Assembly (NCBI GenBank): GCA_905234785.1
Contig: CAJOIP010000017.1
Location: forward strand, 24,494-88,493
Reading direction: 5' to 3'
Length of the DNA stretch: 64,000 bases
Source of the DNA: an uncultured Eggerthellaceae bacterium
GTDB lineage: Bacteria > Actinomycetota > Coriobacteriia > Coriobacteriales > Eggerthellaceae
The position numbers were made by a program, and so were the translations under genes. This document shows, piece after piece, positions 35,140-43,876 of this stretch. The stretch's first letter is position 1. Each line of letters begins with the position of its first letter. Below the pieces are notes generated by a model. It made no database searches, was not told the origin of the DNA, and worked only from the letters and a program-made list of their open reading frames with translations.

Positions 35140-36372
35140 CTACAGCAGGGTCGCCAAGCGTGCGATAAGGGCGTCGACATCTTCGCGGGCGCACACTAAG
35201 GGGGGAAGGAAGCGCAGGGTGTGGGGGCCGGTGGCGTTCAGGAGCAGGCCCTCGTCGAGCGCCGCCAGCACGAGCGCGGGCGCGTCGACGCCGTCTTCAA
35301 ACTCGGTGGCCACCATGAGGCCCAGACCGCGAACCTCCTTCACATGGGGCAGCTTGGCCAACTGCTCGCGCAGGTAGGCGCCGACTTCCTCGACGTTTTG
35401 CGCGATGCCCTCAGCTTCGATGGTGTCGAGCACCGTGTTGGCGGCCGCAATGGCAAGGCAGCTTCCGCCGAACGTTGAACCGTGGATGCCCGGCTCGAAC
35501 ACCTTGGCGACGCGCGACCGCGCAGCGCAGGCGCCCATGGGAACGCCCCCGGCAATGCCCTTCGCCATGGTGATGATGTCGGGCTGCACGCTCGCATGCT
35601 GGAAGCCGAACGGCGTGCCGCACCGGAACATGCCGCACTGCACTTCGTCGAAGATGAGCACGGCGCCGTGTTCGCGCGTGAGGCGGCGCGCCGCTTCGAG
35701 GTATTCCTCGGTGCACGGGTACACGCCGCATTCGCCCTGCACAGGCTCGAGCATCATGCCGCAGATGTCGTCGCCCTTCTCGGCGAACACGCTCTCGAGC
35801 GCCTCGACGTCGTTCGCGGGAACGGGCACGTACAGCTTCTCGGTGGGCAGCGGGCTGAACGCCTCCTGCTTCACGGGCTGAGCCGTGGCGGCAAGCGTCT
35901 CGCACGTGCGGCCGTGGAAGCTGCGCTCGAGCGTGACGATGAGCTGCGGGCGCGCGTCGGAGCCTTCCGCTTCCTTCTGCCTGCGCGCGTACAGGCGCGC
36001 CAGCTTGATGGCGCACTCGTTTGCCTCGGCGCCGGAATTGGCGAAGAACGTCTGCCAGTCCTCGGCGTGGGCGCAGGACAGGTTCTGCTTCACCAGGTCG
36101 TTGATCTTCTTGGCGAGCTGGCCCCTGCCTTCGATGTAATAGTAGTTGCTGACGTGCATGAGCTTGGCGGCTTGGTCTTGCAGCGTCTTCACGAGCGCCG
36201 GATGGCAGTGCCCCAGGCTGATGACGCCGATGCCGCCGATGAAGTCGAGGTACTCGTTGCCTGCGTCGTCCCACACGCGCATGCCTTCGCCGCGGACGAG
36301 TTCGACCGGCTTGCGGCCGAACGTGTGCATGACGTACGCGTCTTCGAGTTGCTGTTGTTCTTGCAAGGTCAT
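35140..36372 (-). CDS. argD: Acetylornithine aminotransferase
   Basis: Class-III aminotransferase: ..FANSGAEANE.., ..LIFDEVQCGMFRCG.., ..PDIITMAKGIAGG... It sits within an arg cluster. Confidence 0.85.
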   Translation of the reverse strand: MTLQEQQQLEDAYVMHTFGRKPVELVRGEGMRVWDDAGNEYLDFIGGIGVISLGHCHPALVKTLQDQAAKLMHVSNYYYIEGRGQLAKKINDLVKQNLSCAHAEDWQTFFANSGAEANECAIKLARLYARRQKEAEGSDARPQLIVTLERSFHGRTCETLAATAQPVKQEAFSPLPTEKLYVPVPANDVEALESVFAEKGDDICGMMLEPVQGECGVYPCTEEYLEAARRLTREHGAVLIFDEVQCGMFRCGTPFGFQHASVQPDIITMAKGIAGGVPMGACAARSRVAKVFEPGIHGSTFGGSCLAIAAANTVLDTIEAEGIAQNVEEVGAYLREQLAKLPHVKEVRGLGLMVATEFEDGVDAPALVLAALDEGLLLNATGPHTLRFLPPLVCAREDVDALIARLATLL

Positions 36373-36408
36373 ATAAGCAAATTCCTCTCGTTATCGTAAA
36401 ACCACTTT

Positions 36409-36572
36409 GTCATTCCGAGCGTAGCGAGGAATCTCCGCGAAGCGTCGGGCAAAGCCCGAGATCCTTCGACTCCGCGCTTCGCGCTCCGCTCAGGATGACA
36501 GCCTGTTGGGGCGCTTCGCGCTCCGCTCAGGATGACAACCTTTAGGGTGCTTCGCGCTCCGCTCAGGATGAC
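36409..36572. repeat. Family A repeat array (one forward unit plus three reverse GCGCTCCGCTCAGGATGAC units)
   Basis: gtcattccgagcgtagcgaggaatctccgcgaagc.. followed by 3x cttcgcgctccgctcaggatgac. It fills the argD-argB gap. Confidence 0.8.
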
Positions 36573-36584
36573 AGCTTATAACTG

Positions 36585-37526
36585 TCACTTGTTTTCCAAA
36601 AGCTTGCTGGCGAAGTTGCCGACGGGGGTCTTGGCGTCGGCGGTGTCGGCGTATACGGCCGTGCCCACGCCGGACAAGGTCAGCAATTCGAGCAAGATGG
36701 AATGCGGGATGGTGCCGTTGACGATGTAGGCGGAAGGGACGCCGCCTTCGATGGCGGTGACGCACGAGCGCAGCTTCGGGATCATGCCCGACGACAGCGT
36801 GCCGCTTTCCACGAGCTCGCGCGCTTCGTCGAGCGACAGCTGCGAGACGAGCGTGTCCTTGTCGTCGAAGTCGAGGTACAGGCCATCGACGTCGGTGAGG
36901 AACAGGATTTTGGCGGCGTTCGTGGCCGCGGCGATCTGCCCCGCCATAACGTCGGCGTTCACGTTGCAGTAGCCGCCATCGTTGCCGATGGCGACCGACG
37001 CGATGATGGGAATGTAGTCGGCGTCGATGAGGTCTTGCAGAAGCGAGCCGTTGATGCGCTTGATCCTGCCCACGCGGCCCAGCTCGTCGGACACGGGCTC
37101 GGCGATGATGGTGCCGCCATCGACGCCGTTCACGCCCACGGCGATGTTGCCGTGCTCGTTAAGCGCGCGGACAAGCTCCTGGTTCACCTTGCCGGCCAGG
37201 ATGGTGCGGACGATGTCCATGCCCTCGTCGGTGGTGACGCGCTGGCCGTCCTTGAATTCCACGGGAATGCCGGCGTCTTCCATGGCGCGCGTGATGTCCT
37301 TGCCGCCGCCGTGCACGATGACAGGGTTCACGCCGACCGTCTTCAGCAGCACGATGTCGCTCATGACGTCGGCGCGCAGCTTGGGGTCGACCATGGCCGC
37401 GCCGCCGTACTTTATGACGATGGTCTTGCCGGTGATGTTCTTGATCCAGGGAAGCGCCTCGGCGAGCAGCTGGGCGCTTTCCTTGTCGGTCACGCCGTTG
37501 GGGCGTGTGTCTTTTGAAAGCTTCAT
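36585..37526 (-). CDS. argB: Acetylglutamate kinase
   Basis: ..GKTIVIKYGGAAM.., ..VIVHGGG.., ..NVNADVMAGQIA... The start overlaps the argJ stop (ATGA). Confidence 0.9.
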   Translation of the reverse strand: MKLSKDTRPNGVTDKESAQLLAEALPWIKNITGKTIVIKYGGAAMVDPKLRADVMSDIVLLKTVGVNPVIVHGGGKDITRAMEDAGIPVEFKDGQRVTTDEGMDIVRTILAGKVNQELVRALNEHGNIAVGVNGVDGGTIIAEPVSDELGRVGRIKRINGSLLQDLIDADYIPIIASVAIGNDGGYCNVNADVMAGQIAAATNAAKILFLTDVDGLYLDFDDKDTLVSQLSLDEARELVESGTLSSGMIPKLRSCVTAIEGGVPSAYIVNGTIPHSILLELLTLSGVGTAVYADTADAKTPVGNFASKLLENK

Positions 37527-38824
37527 GTGCGGTAATCTCCGTTGATCGTAACGTACTCATGCGAGAAATCGCAGGTCCACATGACCGTGCGAGCGGTGCC
37601 AGCGCCCAAATCGACGTCGATGTCGATTTCCGGGCGCTCGAATCGTCGCAGCGCCTCTTCCTCGCTGAACGGCACGGGAAGGCCCGCGCGCATGACGGGC
37701 AGGCCCATGATGTCGATGGAAACGTCTTCCTGGCGAAACTTTGCGCCCGAGCGGCCGACAGCGCCGGCGATGCGGCCCCAGTTGGCGTCGTGGCCGAAGA
37801 TGGCCGTTTTCACGAGCGGCGAGTTCGCGATGGTGCGCGCAGCTGCATCGGCCTGGGCGTCGTCGGCGGCGCCGGCCACGCGCACGGTGATGAGCCGCGT
37901 GGCGCCTTCGCCATCGGCCGCCATGGCGCGCGCGAGCGTTCCGCACACGGCGTCGAGCGCATGCTGGAACGCCGCCAGAGCAGCCGAACCAGGCTGGAAC
38001 GGCTGGGCGCCAGGCGCCGCTGCGCCGCTGGCGAACAGGAAGCAGCAATCGTTGGTGGACGTGTCGGAATCGACCGTGACCTTGTTGAAGCTGTTGGAAA
38101 CGGCTTGCTTAAGCGCCGCATGCAGCACGTCGGGGGCAACAGGGGCATCGGTCGTGATGCCCGAGATCATGGTTGCCATGTTCGGCATGATCATGCCCGA
38201 GCCCTTGGCCATGCCGCCGATGGTGAACACGGCGCCCGGGTAGCCGATTTCGTCGCCCGCAAACGAGAACGCGCATTCCTTCGGGTGCGTGTCGGTGGTC
38301 ATGATGGCGCGCGCGGCGGCAGCGCCTCCGTCTTCGGACAGGGCCTCGAAGGCCAAGGGCACGCCCGTTTCGAACGTGGCCATGCTCAGCTGCACGCCGA
38401 TGACCCCGGTGGATGCGACCATGACTTCGCTTGCGGGGCAACCGACGACTTCGCCGACGATTTCGGCCGTGCGGCGGGCCGATTCAAGCCCGACCGAGCC
38501 GGTTGCGGCGTTGGCCGTGCCGGAATTCACCACGAACGCACGGGCGGTGCCGTACGACACGCCGTCGAGATGCTCGCGCGAAACCGTGACCGGCGCCGCG
38601 CAGAACACATTCTGTGTGAACGCGGCCGCGCACGCCACAGGCTCGTCGGCCACGAGCAGCGCCAGGTCGAATCGTTCGGGATTCTTGCGGAAACCCGCGT
38701 GCACGCCTGCGGCTTTGAAGCCCTTGGCGCTGGTGACGCCGCCGTTTTCGATAGCCGTAAGGCCAGTAAGGTCGGGGGCGCCCCCCTCGAGATTAAGCGG
38801 TTGTATGTCGTTCGCGTCGTTCAT
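37523..38824 (-). CDS. argJ: Bifunctional ornithine acetyltransferase / N-acetylglutamate synthase
   Basis: ..GFKAAGVHAGF.., the autoprocessing site ..MIMPNMATMISGITTDA.. and the C-terminal ..DFSHEYVTINGDYRT. ATG 38824 is preferred over the track GTG at 38830. Confidence 0.9.
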   Translation of the reverse strand: MNDANDIQPLNLEGGAPDLTGLTAIENGGVTSAKGFKAAGVHAGFRKNPERFDLALLVADEPVACAAAFTQNVFCAAPVTVSREHLDGVSYGTARAFVVNSGTANAATGSVGLESARRTAEIVGEVVGCPASEVMVASTGVIGVQLSMATFETGVPLAFEALSEDGGAAAARAIMTTDTHPKECAFSFAGDEIGYPGAVFTIGGMAKGSGMIMPNMATMISGITTDAPVAPDVLHAALKQAVSNSFNKVTVDSDTSTNDCCFLFASGAAAPGAQPFQPGSAALAAFQHALDAVCGTLARAMAADGEGATRLITVRVAGAADDAQADAAARTIANSPLVKTAIFGHDANWGRIAGAVGRSGAKFRQEDVSIDIMGLPVMRAGLPVPFSEEEALRRFERPEIDIDVDLGAGTARTVMWTCDFSHEYVTINGDYRT

Positions 38825-38843
38825 GTGCACCTTTCATCTTGAA

Positions 38844-38873
38844 TAATCAATTTCCTCCGAGGTAATTGATTAC
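38844..38873. repeat. AT-rich palindrome, copy 2 (TAATCAATTTCCTCCGAGGTAATTGATTAC)
   Basis: Read directly. It lies 3 nt after the argC stop and ~20 nt before the argJ start. Confidence 0.85.
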
Positions 38874-38876
38874 TCG

Positions 38877-39935
38877 TTATGCCGGTATGGCAATGAGGTC
38901 GAGGCCGGCGGTTTCGGGTAAGCCGAACACGATGTTGGCGCACTGCACGGCCTGGCCGGCAGCGCCCTTGCCCACATTATCGATGGCGCCCGTGGCCACG
39001 ACGACGTTGGCATGCTCGTTTAACACGGCGGCAACATGCGCGCGGCACGTGCCGGCAACCGACGACGTCTTGGGCTGCTTGCCGCCCACAAGCACGCTGA
39101 CCAGCGGCGCGTCCTCGTAGAAGTCGGTGTACAGTTCGTCGAGCTGGGCTTGCGTGATGGGCTTGTCGCCCAGCGGAATGGTGACTGTGGAAAGCAGGCC
39201 GCGGTCGAGCGGGGCCAAATGCGGCGTGAACACGAGCCGGCCCTCGATGCCGAGGATCTGCTCGATTTCGGGCGTATGACGGTGGTTGGCCACGCCGTAC
39301 GCTTCGACGTTCTCGTTCGCGAAGCAGAAATGCGTGCGCTCGGTGGCCTTCTTGCCGGCTCCCGAAACACCCGACACGGCATCGGCCACAATGGGGCCGG
39401 CGCCAGCCAAGCCAGCACGGATGAACGGCGCAGCGGCCAGCGACGTGGCCGTTGGGTAGCAGCCCGCGCAGCCCACGAGCACGCCCTTGCCCGCCGCGCG
39501 CTTGGCAGCCAAGGCTTCCAAATCGGCGCGGAACAGCTCGGGCAGGCCGAACGCGGCTTCAGCCAACAGGTCGGTTGCCGTGTGCTTCACCTGGTACCAC
39601 TGCTCGTACACGGCAGGGTCCTTCAGGCGGAAGTCCGCCGACAAGTCGATGACCGCCACACCCGCTTCCACGAGCGCGGGCGCCTGTGCGATGGCCGCCG
39701 TGTGCGGCACCGCCAGAAACACCACATCGCATTGCGCGAACGGCGCATCGTCGTGCGACGAGAACGCAAGGTCGGTGACCCCTTCGAAGCCGGGGTACAC
39801 ATCAGCCAAACGCTTGCCCGCCAGCTCGTTCGACGTGGCGGCCACCAGTTCAAACTCCGGATGCCCTATAACGAATCGAGCGGCCTCGATTCCCGCGAAC
39901 CCGGCCGCACCGACGATACCTGCCTGTATGCTCAT
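38877..39935 (-). CDS. argC: N-acetyl-gamma-glutamyl-phosphate reductase
   Basis: MSIQAGIVGAAGFAG.. and the active-site region ..LVGCAGCYPTA... ATG 39935 is preferred over the track start at 39959. Confidence 0.9.
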   Translation of the reverse strand: MSIQAGIVGAAGFAGIEAARFVIGHPEFELVAATSNELAGKRLADVYPGFEGVTDLAFSSHDDAPFAQCDVVFLAVPHTAAIAQAPALVEAGVAVIDLSADFRLKDPAVYEQWYQVKHTATDLLAEAAFGLPELFRADLEALAAKRAAGKGVLVGCAGCYPTATSLAAAPFIRAGLAGAGPIVADAVSGVSGAGKKATERTHFCFANENVEAYGVANHRHTPEIEQILGIEGRLVFTPHLAPLDRGLLSTVTIPLGDKPITQAQLDELYTDFYEDAPLVSVLVGGKQPKTSSVAGTCRAHVAAVLNEHANVVVATGAIDNVGKGAAGQAVQCANIVFGLPETAGLDLIAIPA

Positions 39936-39970
39936 GAGACTTCTCCCAATCTTGTTCAACGTGAGGTTCC

Positions 39971-39999
39971 ATCGTAAGAAACCGCCTCGTCATTTGCAA
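39971..39999 (-). promoter_or_regulatory. Candidate promoter of the arg operon
   Basis: The minus strand reads TTGCAA (39999-39994) - 17 nt - TACGAT (39976-39971), about 35 nt upstream of the argC ATG. Confidence 0.35.
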
Positions 40000-40036
40000 G
40001 GCATTCACCGTATAAACCGATTACGGGCAGGTAAGC

Positions 40037-40067
40037 GGGTAATCAATTACCTCCGAGGAAATTGATT
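40037..40067. repeat. AT-rich palindrome, copy 3 (GTAATCAATTACCTCCGAGGAAATTGATTAC)
   Basis: Read directly. It lies 12 nt after the stop of ORF 40080..40274 and ~40 nt upstream of the putative arg -35. Confidence 0.85.
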
Positions 40068-40079
40068 ACCTGGCAGGCG

Positions 40080-40274
40080 CTACAGGTGCAGCGTTTCGCG
40101 CTTGGAGGCGTTCAGCAAGTCGGAATCGTACAGGATGCGCTCGAACACAGCCGGCCGCATGGCGACGAGACATTCGTCTTCCCCGTCGAACACGATGAGT
40201 GGCTCGTCCGTTTCGTGGGCAGCTGCAACGAGCGATTCAGCACCTGACAAAGCGCGCAGTTCGATAGACCCCAT
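40080..40274 (-). CDS. Small protein, weak Phd/YefM-antitoxin-like pattern (orphan)
   Basis: 64 aa: ..ELRALSGAESLVAAAHETDEPLIVFDGEDECLVAMRPAVFERIL.. resembles the antitoxin N-terminal fold pattern. No toxin partner is adjacent. Confidence 0.3.
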   Translation of the reverse strand: MGSIELRALSGAESLVAAAHETDEPLIVFDGEDECLVAMRPAVFERILYDSDLLNASKRETLHL

Positions 40275-40384
40275 GGGTTCCTTCCTTTCCTCTTCAGTTG
40301 GCTTTTGTCTGGTGTTGATTATATCACACTATTACGAACATACGTTTGTAAATACAACGACTTTCGGGAATCTTGGGCACGTGC

Positions 40385-41053
40385 TTAAGCCGACGGGCCG
40401 CTTGCTTCGTCCTGGTCGCCCTCGGCCGCACTGTCTTCACCTGGAGATGCGCCTTCATCCTCGTCGTCTAGAGATTGCAAAGGCGCGCCGGCAAGGCTTT
40501 CGAAGAACGTGACGTGCGCGTAGCCGGACACGCTCGTGGCGGAGCTGGAAGACGTGCTCGGCCTCGCATTGTTGTCCACGATGGCGACGGAATCTATCAC
40601 GCAGGGGAACGCACCGTTCGCGAGCGCGATGATGATGGATTCGGCGGCAGCGTACGACCCGCAGCTGAAATTGATGCGCACGCCGCGATACACGTACTCG
40701 CTGCTGCTTTCGCGGTCGAGCTCGTCGAACGTCAGCGTATACGTTTCCGCTGCGCCCATGATTCGGTTAAGCTCGTTCATGAGCGGTTCCATGTTGTCGT
40801 ACTCGGGAACTTCGGTTATCGTGGCGCCCTCGGCCTTGCGCTGCTCGATGACCTTGCGCATGTCGGCAAGGCGCGTAACTCGCGCAGTGTCGAGTTCGAT
40901 TTCCGAATTCGCGGTTTGAATCTCCGCTTCTAGGCGCGTAACCTGGTTGGTTGTGTTCTGATACACCAGCATGAACCAGGCAATGGCGACGAGCACGATG
41001 GCCAGCGCGAACAGCAGGGCCTTTTCGCGCCTTGACAGTTTGTACGTTATCAT
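40385..41053 (-). CDS. pilO: PilO-like type IV pilus assembly protein
   Basis: Short cytoplasmic N-terminus, a TM segment (LLFALAIVLVAIAWFMLV), a coiled coil and an alpha/beta domain with an acidic tail. The start overlaps the pilN stop (ATGA). Confidence 0.6.
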   Translation of the reverse strand: MITYKLSRREKALLFALAIVLVAIAWFMLVYQNTTNQVTRLEAEIQTANSEIELDTARVTRLADMRKVIEQRKAEGATITEVPEYDNMEPLMNELNRIMGAAETYTLTFDELDRESSSEYVYRGVRINFSCGSYAAAESIIIALANGAFPCVIDSVAIVDNNARPSTSSSSATSVSGYAHVTFFESLAGAPLQSLDDEDEGASPGEDSAAEGDQDEASGPSA

Positions 41054-41667
41054 TGGCCCTCACCCGCCTTCTGCAGCGTGACGACCATCGACACCATGAC
41101 ATCGGAAGCGCTCGTCCGCTCGGTTGCCGCCGTGGAAACGGACACGCCTGCCACCATGGGCTGCGCGTCGAGCGTGCTCACCAGCGTGCCGACCCCGTCG
41201 AGCGTAATGTCGGCGAGGTTCAGCGACAGCGTATTTCCCTGTAGGTCGATGGACGCGACCCGCGCCGATGGCGCGATGTACCGGTCGATGAGAGCCAGCG
41301 CATCCGTCGCGCTAACGGTGCTCTCGTCGACCGACAGGCGCGATGATTCGTACGCTTCGTATTCGGCAAGCACCTCGTCGTAGCCGACAAGCTGCGCTTC
41401 CAGTTCTGACAAGACCTGCTGTTGCTGCGCGAATTCGGCCTGCTTCTGATTCACGCGGTCGTAGAAATCGTAAATGCCGAACTTGACGAAAGCCACGACC
41501 AGCAACAGCAGCAGGATGCCCACCGGCACCGCCTGCCGCACTTCAAGGGCCTTGCGGTCTTCGACCACGAGGTTCATGTAGGTCTTCGAGGGGTAGTCGA
41601 CCTTCGCCTTCGGCTTGCCCTTGCGCAGGCCCGAGAACGAGATTTCCTTGTTCCAATCGAGCGCCAT
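41050..41667 (-). CDS. pilN: PilN-like type IV pilus assembly protein
   Basis: The N-terminal ..TYMNLVVE.. resembles the PilM-binding INLLP motif. It is followed by a TM segment (VPVGILLLLLVVAFV) and a coiled coil. It directly follows pilM. Confidence 0.6.
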   Translation of the reverse strand: MALDWNKEISFSGLRKGKPKAKVDYPSKTYMNLVVEDRKALEVRQAVPVGILLLLLVVAFVKFGIYDFYDRVNQKQAEFAQQQQVLSELEAQLVGYDEVLAEYEAYESSRLSVDESTVSATDALALIDRYIAPSARVASIDLQGNTLSLNLADITLDGVGTLVSTLDAQPMVAGVSVSTAATERTSASDVMVSMVVTLQKAGEGQ

Positions 41668-42678
41668 TTACATCGACTCTCCCTCGAGGACGCCGGCAAT
41701 GGCCAGCGCGCACACCGGGGCGTTTTCCTGGCCGCGCGCTTCGTCGGGCAGGATTTCCACGATGCTCGTCGTGGGCACTGAAATGGCCTCGGAAATGGCA
41801 GCGGTGAGCTGCTCGATGCGCGAGCCGCCGCCCAGGAAGAACAGCTGGCCGATCTCGCGTTCGGGATTGCTGAAGTTGTAGAAGTTCACGACCTTGCTGA
41901 CTTCCAGCGCGAAGCGGTCGCACAGGGCCAAACACGCCGGATCGTCCAGCACGCCTTCGAAGTTGGTGAACTTGTAGCTTCCGGCAGTGTAGGGGTCGAT
42001 GCCCTTAAGGTCGGCGATGATGCGATCGAACTCGTCGCACCCGAAATCGATGGTGCGCGCCGAATCGTAGTTCAGGCCCCGGAACAACGACACCGTAACG
42101 TCTGCGTGGCCGATGTCGACGAGCACGATATCCTGGCCTTCTTCCATGTACAGGTTGTTCGCGTCGACGAACGCGCGGATGAGCCGCATGTACGCCATGG
42201 GAGCCGTGGTGACCATCTTCAGCTTGAAGCCGGCCTTCTTCAGCATGGCGCTGTATTGCTCGACAAGCGGCTTGCGTACCGCAGCCGCATACAGTTCCAT
42301 GCGCTCGGGCGCGCCTTCCTCGTCGCACGTTATCTCGTCGACGGCGTAGTCGTACACGTAGTCTTCGGGATTGTCCTGAATGAAATCGCGGAACTCGTAC
42401 GGCAAGTTCAGCATGAGCTCCGAAACCGTCATCGGCGGCAGCGTGACATGGCGGAAGTACACCTGCGATGTGTTCAGCACCAACGCGCAATTGCGCTCGC
42501 GCACGTGCTCTTCCTCGCGAACGGAGCGCAAAAACTTGCTCATGGTTTCGGGCGAGGCCACGCCTTCATCGTTCACCATGTTCTCGGGCATGCGCGTGGA
42601 GACGAGCCGCATGCTCGAACCCTCGCGCACTGCCATCTTGCAGTTCGTATTGCCGATGTCGATGCCGATTAACGACAC
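41668..42678 (-). CDS. pilM: PilM, actin-like type IV pilus assembly ATPase
   Basis: VSLIGIDIGNTNCKMAV.., ..IVLVDIGHADVTVSLF.., ..LFFLGGGSRIEQL... GTG start at 42678 with RBS GGGAAGG. Confidence 0.8.
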   Translation of the reverse strand: MSLIGIDIGNTNCKMAVREGSSMRLVSTRMPENMVNDEGVASPETMSKFLRSVREEEHVRERNCALVLNTSQVYFRHVTLPPMTVSELMLNLPYEFRDFIQDNPEDYVYDYAVDEITCDEEGAPERMELYAAAVRKPLVEQYSAMLKKAGFKLKMVTTAPMAYMRLIRAFVDANNLYMEEGQDIVLVDIGHADVTVSLFRGLNYDSARTIDFGCDEFDRIIADLKGIDPYTAGSYKFTNFEGVLDDPACLALCDRFALEVSKVVNFYNFSNPEREIGQLFFLGGGSRIEQLTAAISEAISVPTTSIVEILPDEARGQENAPVCALAIAGVLEGESM

Positions 42679-42740
42679 GTGCCTTCCCTTCGTGCGGTGC
42701 CATTGCACAAGTAGCAGTATTGTACCCCTTTACCCGTGCT

Positions 42741-43571
42741 TTAGGAAAGAAGACCCAGGTACCAGCTTACGAACGGGGCGCCCACCAACATGGTGATAAC
42801 GCATGCTGCGGCAATAGAGGGCCCGAAGGGAATGGCGCGCCTCATGACGCCTTCGCCTTCACCCGCGGAATCTGCCGTCGGCTTTGAGCTTGCAATCGCC
42901 ACGATTATGCCGATGACGCATGAAAGGATGACCAAAAACAGGCATTGTTGCCAGCCAAAGTAGAAGCCTGCCACGAAATACAGCTTCAAGTCGCCGCCGC
43001 CCATCGATTCGCGCCCGAACACCCTGTCCGCGATGAGCACGATGACGAGCAGCGCTACGCCGACGCCGAATGCGCTTCCTATATAGAACAGCACCTGGCC
43101 GGCTTCGAGCCAGCCCAGCGCGAACGCGACCGCCAGGTACACGGCACGCACGACGAGCGCCACGACGATGCACGCGTTGGGGATAATGCGCTCGTCAAGA
43201 TCGGTTAGCGAAAGGAACAGCAGCACGCCCGCGAACACGAGCAGCTCGGCCGTTTCCAGCGTGAGACCGTACGCCGCCACGATGGCGACGAACGCCACCG
43301 CGCACACCACCTCGGTCAGAGGATAGCGCGCGCTCACGTTCTCGCCGCAGTAACGGCATTTGCGCCCAGAAGCCAGCCAGCTGAACACCGGCACCAAGTC
43401 GCGCACGCCCAGCTCGTGGCCGCACGTGGCGCAGTGCGAACGGCCTGCGAGCACCGATTCGCCATGAGTCGACCGCCATGCCCAGCAATTGATGAAACTG
43501 CCCATGACCAGGCCAAACACAGCGGCAATGACCAGGAAGTACACGGTGAGTATCGGGTCAGTAAACGACAT
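42741..43571 (-). CDS. pilD: Prepilin peptidase (A24 family, PilD)
   Basis: N-terminal Cys box ..CATCGHEL..GRKCRYCG.., the catalytic Asp contexts ..LSLTDLDERIIPN.. and ..GGGDLKL... The start is at MSFTDPIL (ATG 43571). The track extension to 43898 reads through repeats. Confidence 0.85.
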   Translation of the reverse strand: MSFTDPILTVYFLVIAAVFGLVMGSFINCWAWRSTHGESVLAGRSHCATCGHELGVRDLVPVFSWLASGRKCRYCGENVSARYPLTEVVCAVAFVAIVAAYGLTLETAELLVFAGVLLFLSLTDLDERIIPNACIVVALVVRAVYLAVAFALGWLEAGQVLFYIGSAFGVGVALLVIVLIADRVFGRESMGGGDLKLYFVAGFYFGWQQCLFLVILSCVIGIIVAIASSKPTADSAGEGEGVMRRAIPFGPSIAAACVITMLVGAPFVSWYLGLLS

Positions 43572-43624
43572 GCCGCGATTATACCCCTCGCGACTTACGC
43601 TTGACGTGCTTTTGTTCCCGCCCT

Positions 43625-43822
43625 GCCATCCTGAGCGGAGCGGCGAAGCGCCCCCTTCTGTCATCCTGAGCGGAGCGGCGAAGCCGCGGAGTCGAAGGAT
43701 CTCATGCGTTGCGGCGGGCAGAGCCCGAGATCCCTCGCTTGCGCTCGGGATGACAAAGGGGGGACACTCGGGATGACAAAAGGGGAGCGCTCGGGATGAC
43801 AAGGGGGGCGCTCGGGATGACA
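43625..43822. repeat. Family A repeat array including four tandem GCTCGGGATGACAARGGGG units
   Basis: 2x (g)tcatcctgagcggagcggcgaagc, one inverted gggcagagcccgagatccctcgcttgcgctcgggatgac, then ~22-bp tandem ..ctcgggatgacaa(a/g)gggg.. units. It lies in the divergent pilD / Wzy_C-gene promoter region. Confidence 0.8.
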
Positions 43823-43876
43823 AGGGGGGCAGATGAGCCGATGGACGCCGAAAGCCGGTGTCGTATACTTTCCCGC

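Noticed and set aside
43741-43830. Short tandem repeats (~22-bp units) that could suggest a CRISPR array
   Set aside because: The units are contiguous with no unique spacers. They belong to interspersed family A, and no cas genes or leader are present. The same reasoning applies to the 77-bp tandem at 18499-18658.
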